Below, piece after piece: positions 10,260-20,308 of a DNA stretch of 64,000 bases. The DNA lies in IMG/VR virus record IMGVR_UViG_3300021431_000082, positions 8,047-72,046 of that record, one strand, 5' to 3'. The notes beneath the pieces were generated by a model, which was not told where the DNA came from, ran no database searches, and saw only the letters and a list, made by a program, of their open reading frames with translations. The DNA comes from a virus (lineage: Duplodnaviria; Heunggongvirae; Uroviricota; Caudoviricetes). Position 1 is the first letter of the stretch; each line of letters begins with the position of its first letter. Made by a program: the position numbers and the translations under genes.

Positions 10260-11243
10260 TCAAGCATATTTCCTGTATGAGTTTTTGACATGCTCATTTT
10301 CTATGAACACATATCGCATTGTCGTGTCGATCTTATCATGGCCAAGGATGGCAGCAACTTCCTGGATTGACATCCCATGATTTATCAAATTGGTCGCAAG
10401 CGTTCTTCTGAATCTATGAGGATGCACATTATCTACGCCGGCCTTCCTCGCTATGGTGTTTAGTCTGAATCTAACTCCGCCTGGTGTCAATCGCTCAGAA
10501 CCTTTACCAATGAACAGAGCTTCACTGTTATCGAGTCGTTCGGCGAAGTATCTCTTCAGCAACATAGCAGTCACATTATTAATATATACGACTCTCTCCT
10601 TCTTACCCTTACCGTGTACCTTACATTCAAGGTTTTGGAAATCAATATCATCTCTGTTTAGTTTGCACACCTCTCCTATTCTGCATCCGGTAGAGAGTAA
10701 GAATGATATGATAGTTCTATCTCTAACGCACTTGCAGCTTTCTTTAAGGCGCTCGATGTCAACGTCATTAAATGGTTTGCGAACTATTTTAGCGCATTTA
10801 ATCGTATTGATATTCGCGCATGGATTCGCATCTATCAGTCCTTCTTTTTGTAACCAACCGAAGAACGAACTGAAAACACTTCTCACACCCTCAATGGTGC
10901 TGTCAGATATTCCTCGCTCACGCATTCCCATTAAATAGCTACGGAGATGATAGATTGTGATCTTGCGTATAGGCACCTTCACGACTTCTAACATACGTCT
11001 GATAACGTATGCATATCTTTCTGTCGTCTTCGGTGATCTTCCTTCGATCTGCTTCGCCTCGATGAATGCAGATATAAGATCTTCTGAGTCGATAGAGTAT
11101 CCGTCATTGGAAGCTTCTATATTATATTGTGCTATTTGATCCAAAAGCATACTCATTACTGCATTGGTATTATTCACAGTTAATATGTTTCCGAGTTGTT
11201 TTTCGATATCACGCAACATCATCTGTTTCGCAGAGATAGACAT
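10260..11243 (-). CDS. tyrosine recombinase / integrase (XerC/XerD-like)
   Basis: Core-binding and catalytic motifs: ...TGCRIGEV..., HRFRRTLAT, LGHDKIDTTMRYV. Confidence 0.8.
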   Translation of the reverse strand: MSISAKQMMLRDIEKQLGNILTVNNTNAVMSMLLDQIAQYNIEASNDGYSIDSEDLISAFIEAKQIEGRSPKTTERYAYVIRRMLEVVKVPIRKITIYHLRSYLMGMRERGISDSTIEGVRSVFSSFFGWLQKEGLIDANPCANINTIKCAKIVRKPFNDVDIERLKESCKCVRDRTIISFLLSTGCRIGEVCKLNRDDIDFQNLECKVHGKGKKERVVYINNVTAMLLKRYFAERLDNSEALFIGKGSERLTPGGVRFRLNTIARKAGVDNVHPHRFRRTLATNLINHGMSIQEVAAILGHDKIDTTMRYVFIENEHVKNSYRKYA

Positions 11244-11321
11244 GCTACACGCTCCTATTCTATGAGATTAAAGTCCTATTCGCCATGGCTATCCTCCTTT
11301 CTTCTTTTCTTGTTAGAAATA

Positions 11322-11486
11322 TTTTTACTCAAGAATCTTTGCCGGGTGATCATCACACCTGGATTCATATTCACCATTAGTGAATACATGAACATGAGTT
11401 GCTTTCTTGTAATATCCCATTCTCATACATGCCGCACACAGCGGATATTCCTTTAAGAACTTTTTCTTCTTAATCTTCTCGAACAT
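11322..11486 (-). CDS. small Cys/His protein
   Basis: 54-codon ORF not in the track. GGAGGAAAT RBS precedes ATG, and the sequence contains CAAC...H...DDH. Confidence 0.3.
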
Positions 11487-11714
11487 ATTTCCTCCTATTC
11501 TCTACTCAATAGAAAATTTCAATCAAAGACTGACGTCAAATATTCTTAATCTTTTCTTACGTTTCTTACAGAGTGTTTAAAAAGTGGCGTATTTACACTC
11601 CTCCTTATCCTTAATCGTAGAAAAAATCGTAGACGGCGATAAATCGTGAAAATAAAAAAGTCGTCAACCGCTCATTTACTGGGCTTGACGACATTAGATA
11701 GAGCAGATGACGGG

Positions 11715-11752
11715 AATCGAACGTCAGGAAACCCCTCGTTTTTGGCTTAAAT
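11715..11752 (-). other. tRNA 3'-end-like segment (attP core candidate)
   Basis: T-arm-like GACGTTCGATTCCCGTC overlaps the 3' end of the integrase gene. Short repeats AATCGTAG/AATCGTGA lie just downstream at 11617-11655. Confidence 0.25.
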
Positions 11753-13112
11753 CAATGACTTTCGAGGGTTGTTCCATCGTAGTTGCTTCATCTTCTACGA
11801 TTTGGAACTCCGGTATCCGACTCAGAATGTCTGCTTTTGTATCGACACTCTTCCTGTTCCGGTGGTAGTGCTTCTCCGTGACAAGAATATTTGAGTGCCC
11901 CATCTGCGAGGTTACAAAGTTTTTGTCGACCCCGGCATCCAGTAATATCGAGCCATAAGTTTTGCGGATTTTGTGTGGAGATTTGCGAACGATGTGTAGT
12001 TCGTCGCATAGATTTCTCAGGCGGGTCCTAAACGTGTTGGTTGTCAGTCTGTGCCGCCCATTCATGAAAATGAATTCTTTGTCCGGGTTCAGGCTGTTGA
12101 CGGTGTCATAGAGCCAGCTGAATCCCCTGGGCAGGATGATCTTCCTGATGCCGGCGAATGTCTTCGGGGCATCCTTGATGTTGTAGTGGTACTTGCCGTC
12201 ATCGCCAAACTCTCTCGTCTCTGTCCGGTGAATCTCAATCATCCCATCCTTGAAGTCATCATGTTTTAATACCACTAGTTCCCCGATCCTCATACCGGTA
12301 ACAAACATCAGCATGATCCCAAGGTTTGTCTGGTCCTGGTGTTCAGCGAGGTAGAGCATGATGCGCTCATACTCAGCCTCGGAGAACACTTCCTCTTCGT
12401 CACTTCTTATGATGTGCTTGAAGTCATGGTCTGAAGAGTCCAGTTCGGAAATCACCAGGTCGATATTAAAGTTGATGAAACCTCTGCGCTTTGCACGTTT
12501 CAGCATCCCGCGCATGATGGTCTTAAGGTTCGAGAAAGCTTTTGATGTGAGGTTGTGCTTTGACGGCTGCTCCTCAAGGAAGTCCAGGATAGATTCGGGA
12601 GTGAGCTCGTTGATCTGCTTCTTACCAAAAGACTCAGCGAAGTAGCGCCGGTATTCCTGATGGTATCTAAGATACGTGGCAGCTGATATCTTCTTTAAGT
12701 CAAGCTTCCTTCTTGCCCACTCCTCGAATATCTCGTCTACCAGTGGATACTCTTCAAGGCTCCGGTAGTATTCCACGACAACATCTTCAACTTCTTTCTT
12801 CGTCTTCCTGTCTACAGTCCTCCTGCCCTTTACCGGGTCTGGAAGATAGGTACGCCATCTTCCCTTCGTCTGCCAGAACTTGGACTTGTGTTTCTCAAGT
12901 AGCCTTTTTCTCTCTGCTGTTTTCATCTGGTCTTGTAAATACGCCAGATCTATTATACCAGAGTCTATGGCTTTTTGTAAAATTTCCTGTGTTGTCATTG
13001 TTAGCGGTGAAGTAAGATGCCCAGAATACATGGGATCGTAATACAAAACATCGTTGCTCTCATTCGTTCCCCAAGCGACACAGCCAGGTTGTCTTCGCCT
13101 ATCTCTTCGCAA
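11724..13112 (-). CDS. tyrosine integrase (phage integrase family)
   Basis: TGMRIGELVVLK, HKIRKTYGS, MGHSNILVTEKHYH catalytic region. The true start may be an internal Met near 13000. Confidence 0.75.
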   Translation of the reverse strand: MRRDRRRQPGCVAWGTNESNDVLYYDPMYSGHLTSPLTMTTQEILQKAIDSGIIDLAYLQDQMKTAERKRLLEKHKSKFWQTKGRWRTYLPDPVKGRRTVDRKTKKEVEDVVVEYYRSLEEYPLVDEIFEEWARRKLDLKKISAATYLRYHQEYRRYFAESFGKKQINELTPESILDFLEEQPSKHNLTSKAFSNLKTIMRGMLKRAKRRGFINFNIDLVISELDSSDHDFKHIIRSDEEEVFSEAEYERIMLYLAEHQDQTNLGIMLMFVTGMRIGELVVLKHDDFKDGMIEIHRTETREFGDDGKYHYNIKDAPKTFAGIRKIILPRGFSWLYDTVNSLNPDKEFIFMNGRHRLTTNTFRTRLRNLCDELHIVRKSPHKIRKTYGSILLDAGVDKNFVTSQMGHSNILVTEKHYHRNRKSVDTKADILSRIPEFQIVEDEATTMEQPSKVIDLSQKRGVS

Positions 13113-13189
13113 TCTTTAAGCCAGACAACGTACTGCCAGATATAGATTGATGCGTTGATAATCAGTGTGCTCAGAATAATTGTTATCAT
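13001..13189 (-). CDS. small membrane protein
   Basis: 62 aa with an N-terminal TM helix and a TAAAGGA RBS. Confidence 0.35.
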   Translation of the reverse strand: MITIILSTLIINASIYIWQYVVWLKDCEEIGEDNLAVSLGERMRATMFCITIPCILGILLHR

Positions 13190-13569
13190 ATAATATTCCT
13201 TTAAAAGGCAATTTCAACTTCGTGCCACTCAACTTCGATCATGTCTAAAGCATCGGTCATGACTGCATCATTAATCTCTTCGTCTGTGGCATTTTCATCC
13301 ACAAAAACGGTTGTTTCTCTTCTGCTTTCGCCAAAATAAATTGTAGCGTCAATTCGCTTTCTCATTGCTTTGCTCCTTTAGAGGCCAGTTCTTATGCTTC
13401 ATGCGGTACTCAACATACCGTTTCGCACCTTCCCTGTGCCACCATGCCTGTATCACCGTACCGATATAAATTCCGATAACAAAAGTTAAAATCGTCATAA
13501 ATGTTCCTTTAAATTATGGCTGCGGGGTAGGCTTTCCCTACATACTGGCATGGTTTTCTGCCAGCGTCC

Positions 13570-13782
13570 TTATCTCTCGGTCTTTGGGTGAGAGCAGTTA
13601 AACGACCCGCAATGTGTCCTTTGTGAGCGAATTATGTCATGCCCAAATTGTCCCGGCATACCACATTCAAATACTGTGTCTGCTGTTGTAGTTGTGCCGT
13701 AATACCGCTGACACTTGGAGCAGTCACCATCGCATCGTACCAAGTCACCGCCGCAAGGGCGTATCTGTATGTCCATAATCAA
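13570..13782 (-). CDS. Cys-rich small protein
   Basis: 70 aa with multiple CxxC pairs and a TAAAGGAAAC RBS. Confidence 0.4.
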   Translation of the reverse strand: MIMDIQIRPCGGDLVRCDGDCSKCQRYYGTTTTADTVFECGMPGQFGHDIIRSQRTHCGSFNCSHPKTER

Positions 13783-13833
13783 TCCTTTATGTTTCCTTTA
13801 AAGGTCAGTCCTTACAAGTAAATTTATTCTCTT

Positions 13834-14034
13834 TCATATCCCCTCTATGAAATCCAATTCCAGGTCTGCAATGTCAGCCTCAAACTCTTCGCCGCCGTAG
13901 GTTATGGTGACATTTCTGTTGATGGCATCAATGTATCTGTTATGCTCTGTATCAACAGGTAGTCTGAATATGGCGTCTGCAAATCTTATTGAATCCTCAC
14001 CGGACAGTACTATCGTTCCTGTTAGTCTTATCAA
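13834..14034 (-). CDS. hypothetical small protein
   Basis: 66-aa ORF in a tightly packed early array. Confidence 0.35.
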   Translation of the reverse strand: MIRLTGTIVLSGEDSIRFADAIFRLPVDTEHNRYIDAINRNVTITYGGEEFEADIADLELDFIEGI

Positions 14035-14225
14035 TAAATCATCACCACCGTTTCGTCTTTCCCAGCAAGGATATCCGCTTTTACATCAGTTACAATAAAA
14101 GCAAGGTCATCGTCATGTGCTAATGTGTAAACGAATGCGTCCGGGTTTTCATCATTCAAACGATCAATAAGTTCTCTCACTGTCATGTCAATCTCCGTCA
14201 AATCAAGTTGAACAGTACAAATCAA
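14031..14225 (-). CDS. hypothetical small protein
   Basis: 64-aa ORF with start/stop overlap to its neighbour. Confidence 0.35.
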   Translation of the reverse strand: MICTVQLDLTEIDMTVRELIDRLNDENPDAFVYTLAHDDDLAFIVTDVKADILAGKDETVVMIY

Positions 14226-14397
14226 TATCCATCTCTTTAGATCACTCCGTTTTGTCTTAGCAGAATTTCAAGCTGCTCTAACTCATCGTGCAGATTTGAG
14301 TAGATATACCAGTTCTCCGGTGAGACTACAAGATGCACATCATTTTCAACGATCATATTGATTTCGTCGAGCTGTTCACGAATTTCTTCTATTACCA

Positions 14398-14664
14398 TTA
14401 CGAATACATCTCCCCGACAATTGACCGAAGCATAAACTTCACATCCTTTTTATCCACTGTATCTCCTTCGATCTTATCAATATCAGATAAAATCCATTTG
14501 ATATAATCCGTCAGTTCCTCTTTAGGATTAAATGTTGGAAGGTTCTTCAGGTAGTTGGTCGATACGACATTGGCGAACTGGATTTCGCAGGAACCAGGCA
14601 TCAGCATATCAAATGCCCCGGCAAGTGCTGCTTCCTTGTTGATGTATTCCCCGGATGAACTCAT
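14398..14664 (-). CDS. hypothetical protein
   Basis: 88-aa ORF. TAATG overlap with a downstream 53-codon ORF (14237..14398). Confidence 0.4.
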   Translation of the reverse strand: MSSSGEYINKEAALAGAFDMLMPGSCEIQFANVVSTNYLKNLPTFNPKEELTDYIKWILSDIDKIEGDTVDKKDVKFMLRSIVGEMYS

Positions 14665-14966
14665 TCTCTAACCCTCGTATCAGCACCACAACACCCACAG
14701 AAGCGATGGTCATCTAAAAAGTCTTCAAGATGGGTATTGACTTTGAATTCGTGCCCACACTCCGAACATCTGCAAACACCACTGTTGTATATCCACGTAC
14801 CCTTCTTGTGAATGTTTTCGGGCGGGATGTTGAGGACCACGCCAAGCATATGGTTCTCCCACGACCTGGTAACCTCATCATCGTAAAGTGGATGGGTTGA
14901 ATTCTGGATTGCCTCTAATACTGTTCTGATCTTGACATATCCTTCGAGATCAATAATTTTGTGCAT
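14661..14966 (-). CDS. zinc-ribbon protein
   Basis: 101 aa with C-terminal CRCSECGHEF...CGCCGADT. Confidence 0.4.
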   Translation of the reverse strand: MHKIIDLEGYVKIRTVLEAIQNSTHPLYDDEVTRSWENHMLGVVLNIPPENIHKKGTWIYNSGVCRCSECGHEFKVNTHLEDFLDDHRFCGCCGADTRVRE

Positions 14967-15076
14967 TTTCTCTCCTGTAATTAGTGGGGTTTAACGTCTG
15001 TTTGTTTTAGATGAAACCTTCTCCACTGAAAACATTTGAATCGTTTAACTCTCCTATTTTCAATGGAGTTCTCAGC

Positions 15077-15361
15077 TCAGAATGGAAGTCTTGCGGCTCT
15101 TAATCTCTCTGCTGCTGCCCGTCTCTGTTCTTCAGTCATAACTCGTCGCTTACCCTTAACACTGATCAGGTCTTTGGGACAGACGTAAGTACGGCTTATG
15201 ACCTGCTTATCACACAGCCACTCATTCTTCAGCTTAAACTCTTTGTTCTCAGCGGCATACTTCTCTAACTTCCTCATCCACACCGGATGTGATGTGTAGA
15301 TGGTAGCCTCATCACTCTCATTATCAAAGCGGATAACAACTTCCTGTTCAGACCTTAACAT
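15077..15361 (-). CDS. hypothetical protein
   Basis: 94 aa with a basic C-terminus. Confidence 0.4.
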   Translation of the reverse strand: MLRSEQEVVIRFDNESDEATIYTSHPVWMRKLEKYAAENKEFKLKNEWLCDKQVISRTYVCPKDLISVKGKRRVMTEEQRRAAAERLRAARLPF

Positions 15362-15731
15362 TAGACTCCTCTCTGTAATTCACAATCTCTACTTTAACTC
15401 TAGCTCTCCTGGCCTGTTCGATCATATTCTTTGTTCCACGGCTTTGCCCATCCCAGAAAGCAATTACCATCGCCGTATCTTTCATAGCGTATTCAAGCAT
15501 CTGTTGATTCCTGATTGGTCCTGCACTTCGTCCGTATCTTTTCCAATCTGCCACGAAATACTTCCGTCTCAAGCCGTGAAACACAGCATATTCCTCACCG
15601 TATGTATCCGCACCTCTGGCATGGCCGGATATTATCTCCACATTTTCCAATCCAGAAAGCAAGCGGTCGAGGGAATCAAAGCATAGCTGTCTATCTGTGA
15701 AATCTCTCCCACCACATACAATCACTCTCAT
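15348..15731 (-). CDS. DUF2493 / SLOG-family Rossmann-like protein
   Basis: MRVIVCGGRDF...GHARGADTYGEEYA...AFWDGQSRGT pattern. Confidence 0.5.
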   Translation of the reverse strand: MRVIVCGGRDFTDRQLCFDSLDRLLSGLENVEIISGHARGADTYGEEYAVFHGLRRKYFVADWKRYGRSAGPIRNQQMLEYAMKDTAMVIAFWDGQSRGTKNMIEQARRARVKVEIVNYREESNVKV

Positions 15732-15902
15732 GGGGTGGTTCTCTCCAATTGATAATGGTTATCAATCTTATCTACATATTCATCCCAAATATCTTCAATA
15801 TAGGCCTCTATTTCTCTCATCGAAAACATCTCTGTTGAATTTGGCTCGATCCCAAACTTCTCACGCATTGTTTCGACGATGTAACCCCAGTTGATAGAGT
15901 AA

Positions 15903-16181
15903 TCAATCATTAAGGAATTCTTCATCCAATCTTTTCCATTCCTCATCAGAGAGCTTAGCGACGTTATAACGCCTTGAGAGTTCTTTATCCAGTCTTTTAA
16001 ATTCTTCCAACCATTCATATGGGATGTCATAGCCTGCGTCTTTATAACGCTTTACAGCTCCGTAGATATCACACATCCTCTTAGCCTTCCATAAATACTC
16101 TGGCATAAGACCAATCGGCGGAGGGTCTATAATCGATTTGATTCGTGTCCATTTAGCCTCAGCTTTTTCATCTGTATTCAT
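15903..16181 (-). CDS. hypothetical protein
   Basis: 92-aa ORF. The overlapping ORF 15728..16030 probably starts at an internal Met. Confidence 0.35.
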   Translation of the reverse strand: MNTDEKAEAKWTRIKSIIDPPPIGLMPEYLWKAKRMCDIYGAVKRYKDAGYDIPYEWLEEFKRLDKELSRRYNVAKLSDEEWKRLDEEFLND

Positions 16182-16195
16182 AACAACCTCTCTTA

Positions 16196-16489
16196 TTAAG
16201 TATTATACCTCACCCAAAGCTCTTCTGTTTTACCCTTATCCTCACCAAGTTGGGTTTTATATCTACTGTGCGGTTGATATCCTTCCGACATTAATCTCGT
16301 TCGTTCATCTTCGTGTTCTTCCGGGTCAATGATCGCAGCATACTCATTACTGTGATCGATGCTGAAATATTCAATGGTCTCTTCGCTAACTTCTTCGCCC
16401 ATCTCTTGTTCAATCTGATCGCAATCTTCTCCGGGATTGGCGTAGCAGCCTTCAAGCGAGTCGAGCATTACACAGTCAATGCATTTCAT
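16196..16489 (-). CDS. acidic small protein
   Basis: 97 aa, strongly acidic (E/D-rich). Confidence 0.35.
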   Translation of the reverse strand: MKCIDCVMLDSLEGCYANPGEDCDQIEQEMGEEVSEETIEYFSIDHSNEYAAIIDPEEHEDERTRLMSEGYQPHSRYKTQLGEDKGKTEELWVRYNT

Positions 16490-16654
16490 CTGTTACCTAT
16501 TATCCTCTGAGCCTCTTCGTAGATCGTGTGTCTATACCACTTCGTCCTTCCGATTGGCGTATCACCAATCATCAACAGTAACTTGTGGTAAAACTTTCTT
16601 ACCATTCTTCTCTCCTGGTTTTCCTTGATCCGTAGGCACAACCCATGCCAAACA

Positions 16655-17110
16655 TTAAGAATCCATACACCATAACCCAGTGTTCACGTAGGTCTTCTTT
16701 ACATCGATATTTTTCCCGATCAGAACGTAAAGACTCTGTGTTTTGGAACAAAATGTAGTCTGCCATTCGTTCACATAAGTTCCTTCGAACTCCGGGTAAT
16801 AGGTCTCGGTACTGTCATCGTCGTAATGTATTTCGATTGATGTGATGTCGTTATGCCGAACCCGTTCAAATTTCTTCATCCGGTATACCGGATCATCTTC
16901 AACGCCAAGCTCGAAGTGATCCGTATTTCCTTCCGGCAGAATTTCAATCACAACTTTTCCGACAAGCTCCATCTTTGCGATTGCATTGACGGCAATCCTT
17001 CTGATTCTTGTCCTGATATCATCGATTTCGAAAAATCCAATGTGCTTTTCCGGGATCGTCATCGAATCACAATTTTCAAAAACAAGCTCGATCTCTCTTA
17101 CGGTCTTCAC
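16655..17110 (-). CDS. hypothetical protein
   Basis: 151-aa ORF. Confidence 0.4.
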   Translation of the reverse strand: MKTVREIELVFENCDSMTIPEKHIGFFEIDDIRTRIRRIAVNAIAKMELVGKVVIEILPEGNTDHFELGVEDDPVYRMKKFERVRHNDITSIEIHYDDDSTETYYPEFEGTYVNEWQTTFCSKTQSLYVLIGKNIDVKKTYVNTGLWCMDS

Positions 17111-17464
17111 TCTTCTTCCTCTGCTTTCTTTTTCTCTTTAGATCGGGTAAGGATTTACACCTTACATGAGCGCTTGAATCTGTCTGTGGAGTCGACCGCT
17201 TTGCAGTGTCATCGTGCGCTTAGGCTGTACTCGTGTCTACTTATTCCACCACCGATCCGATTCATTTAAAGCCGTTCTCGTGCGCTTTATTCAGCCTATC
17301 CATTATTCTGTAGTACTCACCATCGGTTACTACATTTAACATCCACATCTTTAACATGGCGTTGGCACAATCCATATAGTCAATCGGCTTATCTTCTTTC
17401 ATGATATCTCCTTGACTTGCAGCACCTTGTATCCTTCAAGTTCAAGCCACTTGAAAGCATGTTC

Positions 17465-17695
17465 CTAATCCGTGAACCACCGAACAATCCTCTCTGTGAT
17501 TCTGTGAAACTTGACCAGGCATTCAAATTTCTTCATCGGTTTTTCAGTCGGCTGCGGGTCAAGTGCCTCAGCTCCCATCAGACAAGCCTCTTTGAAAATC
17601 GGGATCATACAATCTTTCAGCGGACTGTCTTTCCCCGTTTCAATAAGGGACTTCTCCATCGCCATAAGCACCTTTGCAGCTTCAACTTTTGTCAT
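17465..17695 (-). CDS. hypothetical small protein
   Basis: 76-aa ORF. Confidence 0.35.
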   Translation of the reverse strand: MTKVEAAKVLMAMEKSLIETGKDSPLKDCMIPIFKEACLMGAEALDPQPTEKPMKKFECLVKFHRITERIVRWFTD

Positions 17696-17910
17696 GGTTT
17701 ATACTCCTCTGGCAGTGGCATCCAGGCAGCGACCTTGCAATATTGGGCACATTGCCATCTCCAATCTGAAACACAACCCCTCCAAATACTGGCATTTGTC
17801 CATCTCGCTATATCTAAACCGCCACCTTCATAGGTCACGAGATATTCTTCGTGTACAACCTCATCTAATTTAGGTGACGGTGGATTCTCAGTATTCCATT
17901 TAATCCTCAT
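17692..17910 (-). CDS. DUF551-like protein
   Basis: C-terminal AWMPLPEEYKP motif. Confidence 0.45.
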   Translation of the reverse strand: MRIKWNTENPPSPKLDEVVHEEYLVTYEGGGLDIARWTNASIWRGCVSDWRWQCAQYCKVAAWMPLPEEYKP

Positions 17911-17985
17911 TCTTCACCTTTTTAATCTCTGCAATACGGATATGTAATAAATGCAATAATCAGCACGATAATTAGGCCGGCAAAG

Positions 17986-18366
17986 TCATCGTTCATCTAA
18001 TCTTTGTTGTGCCATTTCGATTTCTTCAAATACCTCAAAGATGCTTCCGCTCTTATATCCGGTCTTTGTGAATTCCTCTAGGTCATCAATATCAATAGCC
18101 CCGTCAAAGCTGCCATCCGCATACATCCATTCGACGCTTACGAGGTCATGCTCTGTGTTACTGGTGATAACCGCGACTCTACGCTCATCTCCATACGGCT
18201 TCACGATAACAATATCTCCAACATTAACGCTGTTATTGTCTTCAACGGGAGTCAGTTTATTGATGTCGAACTGTGCAGTGATGAGATCGTTATTTCTTGA
18301 AATAAAGCCATCGTCTGTACTTAAGTACATAGTGGTTTCAGGGAGCTCAATAATATACTTTTTCAT
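17986..18366 (-). CDS. hypothetical protein
   Basis: 126-aa ORF. Confidence 0.4.
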   Translation of the reverse strand: MKKYIIELPETTMYLSTDDGFISRNNDLITAQFDINKLTPVEDNNSVNVGDIVIVKPYGDERRVAVITSNTEHDLVSVEWMYADGSFDGAIDIDDLEEFTKTGYKSGSIFEVFEEIEMAQQRLDER

Positions 18367-18713
18367 ACGGTATCTCCTTTATAAGGCTCAGGGCAATATA
18401 GCGGCATCCATGCTTTGATATCATTTAGCCGGCGTGGGCGATATGCTTGCCACACAAAATCTCTGTCTGCATGATATGTTCCAGCGCACACACGCCCATC
18501 AGGTGTGGTTATATAAACACGGTCTCCGTCATCTGGTAGTTTCTCAGAGACCAAGAACCATCGCATTGCAGGTTGCATACCTTTTAATGAATGCTTCATC
18601 TCCTCATACAACTCTCTGCTGTGCTCGTTGTACTCATAGAATCCAGCTGCATTGAGGTCTTCAAGAATTTCGATTGTCTCTGATCTACTAATAAGATCGT
18701 TACTCCCCATCAT
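18363..18713 (-). CDS. DUF551-like protein
   Basis: C-terminal KAWMPLYCPEPYKG motif. Confidence 0.45.
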   Translation of the reverse strand: MMGSNDLISRSETIEILEDLNAAGFYEYNEHSRELYEEMKHSLKGMQPAMRWFLVSEKLPDDGDRVYITTPDGRVCAGTYHADRDFVWQAYRPRRLNDIKAWMPLYCPEPYKGDTV

Positions 18714-18924
18714 CTACCTCGTAAGCGTCTGCATACAGCTGGCTTATAGATACTTGTCCGACATCTTCTAAATAGTCATAAATCAATCCTTTGATTTTCC
18801 GGTTAAATTCACCATTCATAATGTCGCCTTTGATCATCGCAACCTCTTTTATGTTGTATTGGGTGGCCGGCGTATCAATATCAATTACGACCTGTGCTAC
18901 ATACCTACCCTTAAGTCTTTTCAT
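18700..18924 (-). CDS. hypothetical small protein
   Basis: 74-aa ORF. Confidence 0.35.
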   Translation of the reverse strand: MKRLKGRYVAQVVIDIDTPATQYNIKEVAMIKGDIMNGEFNRKIKGLIYDYLEDVGQVSISQLYADAYEVDDGE

Positions 18925-19048
18925 GGTCTTCTCCGTTAATTCTGCTCATCGACTGTACTTTTATCTTCGAAAAAGTACTCCATTTCATCTTGGCTCCAAA
19001 TTTCAATCGGGCCATAGTCCTTTGTTTCTATAACGTCTTCAAGCCTTG

Positions 19049-19300
19049 TCATGGCATGGGTCTCCTTCTATAGGGCAACTTCTGCAATCCACGAAGGTAT
19101 GCGTCAGCTTCTCCTGGGCGGTGATTCCAGATTTCGATTGCTTCCTCTGGTGTGGCACGACAACATGTGGAGGAATTTATAAGGCATTTCATGTTGTCAC
19201 ACTGTACATAGTAGGGGAAATCTTGCCCAATTGGTATTTGTTTCAAAACCGCCTTGCCACCGCAAAATGGACAGGGTTTAAGTTTCTCCATGCTTGTCAT
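19049..19300 (-). CDS. Lar-family restriction alleviation-like zinc-finger protein
   Basis: CPFCGG...CDNMKC...CC motif characteristic of Lar/Ral-type small proteins. Confidence 0.4.
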   Translation of the reverse strand: MTSMEKLKPCPFCGGKAVLKQIPIGQDFPYYVQCDNMKCLINSSTCCRATPEEAIEIWNHRPGEADAYLRGLQKLPYRRRPMP

Positions 19301-19563
19301 TTCCTTTCGTAGGGAGATTGTGTCATCATTACCACATTTACACTGTTAACCAAATAGGTATTCCCATCAATTACAATTTGCAGTTGTTCTCCTTCATAGT
19401 CTTGCCATGACTGCACCCGCCCTTTCAATACGGAACCATCAGGCATTTTTATAACTGCGTACTCGTAGGAGTATGTAAAATCCAAAATTTGCTTGTTACA
19501 GCCGCTAATCATCAGGGCAAATAACACCGCAATTGCTACCGTCACAACCTTATTTAGTTTCAT
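19297..19563 (-). CDS. lipoprotein
   Basis: Signal peptide MKLNKVVTVAIAVLFALMISGC with a lipobox Cys. The start is taken at the internal Met of ORF 19297..19662. Confidence 0.45.
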   Translation of the reverse strand: MKLNKVVTVAIAVLFALMISGCNKQILDFTYSYEYAVIKMPDGSVLKGRVQSWQDYEGEQLQIVIDGNTYLVNSVNVVMMTQSPYERK

Positions 19564-19873
19564 GTCCTTCTCCTTCCGGGTGATACTTAGCCGGGAGCGG
19601 CATCCACGCATCTGGATAGTCTTCTTCATCAACCTCAAAATCTTCTGTGTACCATCGGCCATCTATAATCCATGCAATATATGGACTATCACCGAAAAGA
19701 TATACGAATACTTCCTCGCCATCTTTAGGCTTTAGTTCCTTACTCAGAATCCACTGCTGTGCGGGTGGCAGCTGCTTGATCTGCTCTGCATACCAACCCG
19801 GGTAGTGTGCTTCTGGTGGTTGTCCTAATATCGCATTAATCGCCATCTGTCTATAGATCGTATCGTTACTCAT
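19550..19873 (-). CDS. DUF551-like protein
   Basis: C-terminal DAWMPLPAKYHPEGEGH. Confidence 0.45.
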   Translation of the reverse strand: MSNDTIYRQMAINAILGQPPEAHYPGWYAEQIKQLPPAQQWILSKELKPKDGEEVFVYLFGDSPYIAWIIDGRWYTEDFEVDEEDYPDAWMPLPAKYHPEGEGHETK

Positions 19874-20308
19874 TCATAAATCTCTTTCCTGCGGAGGTAT
19901 TGGACACCACGCATAAATGTCGAAGTAATCGTAATCAACTCCATCCGTCTCACCCCAGTATCCATTGGGATGATTTTGGGGTTTGATTCTGGGTGGAATA
20001 TATTTGCTGATCTCACAGGCGCCGAAAGGTGGTTGTATGATGACCATCTGAAACGCTTCTGGCGGCTTTACACTTGTTCGAGTCCACCGTTGTGCAGCCG
20101 GTAATGCTTTAATAGCTTTTTCAATCCGTTTCTGCCGCCCAATGTTGGTCATGCCGTCCCAACTATCAACTGCTTCTATTGCGGCATCAATTGCCGCATG
20201 TCTATAAACTGTATCTACGCTCATTTGAGCACCTCTTTTCCATGATCTTCTCCTTCCGGTCGGTATGGCTTCGGCAAGGGCATCCACGCCAGGACTCCAC
20301 CGTCCCAA
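19874..20308 (-). CDS. DUF551-like protein (divergent)
   Basis: C-terminal YAWCPIPPQERDL. Confidence 0.4.
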   Translation of the reverse strand: MGRWSPGVDALAEAIPTGRRRSWKRGAQMSVDTVYRHAAIDAAIEAVDSWDGMTNIGRQKRIEKAIKALPAAQRWTRTSVKPPEAFQMVIIQPPFGACEISKYIPPRIKPQNHPNGYWGETDGVDYDYFDIYAWCPIPPQERDL

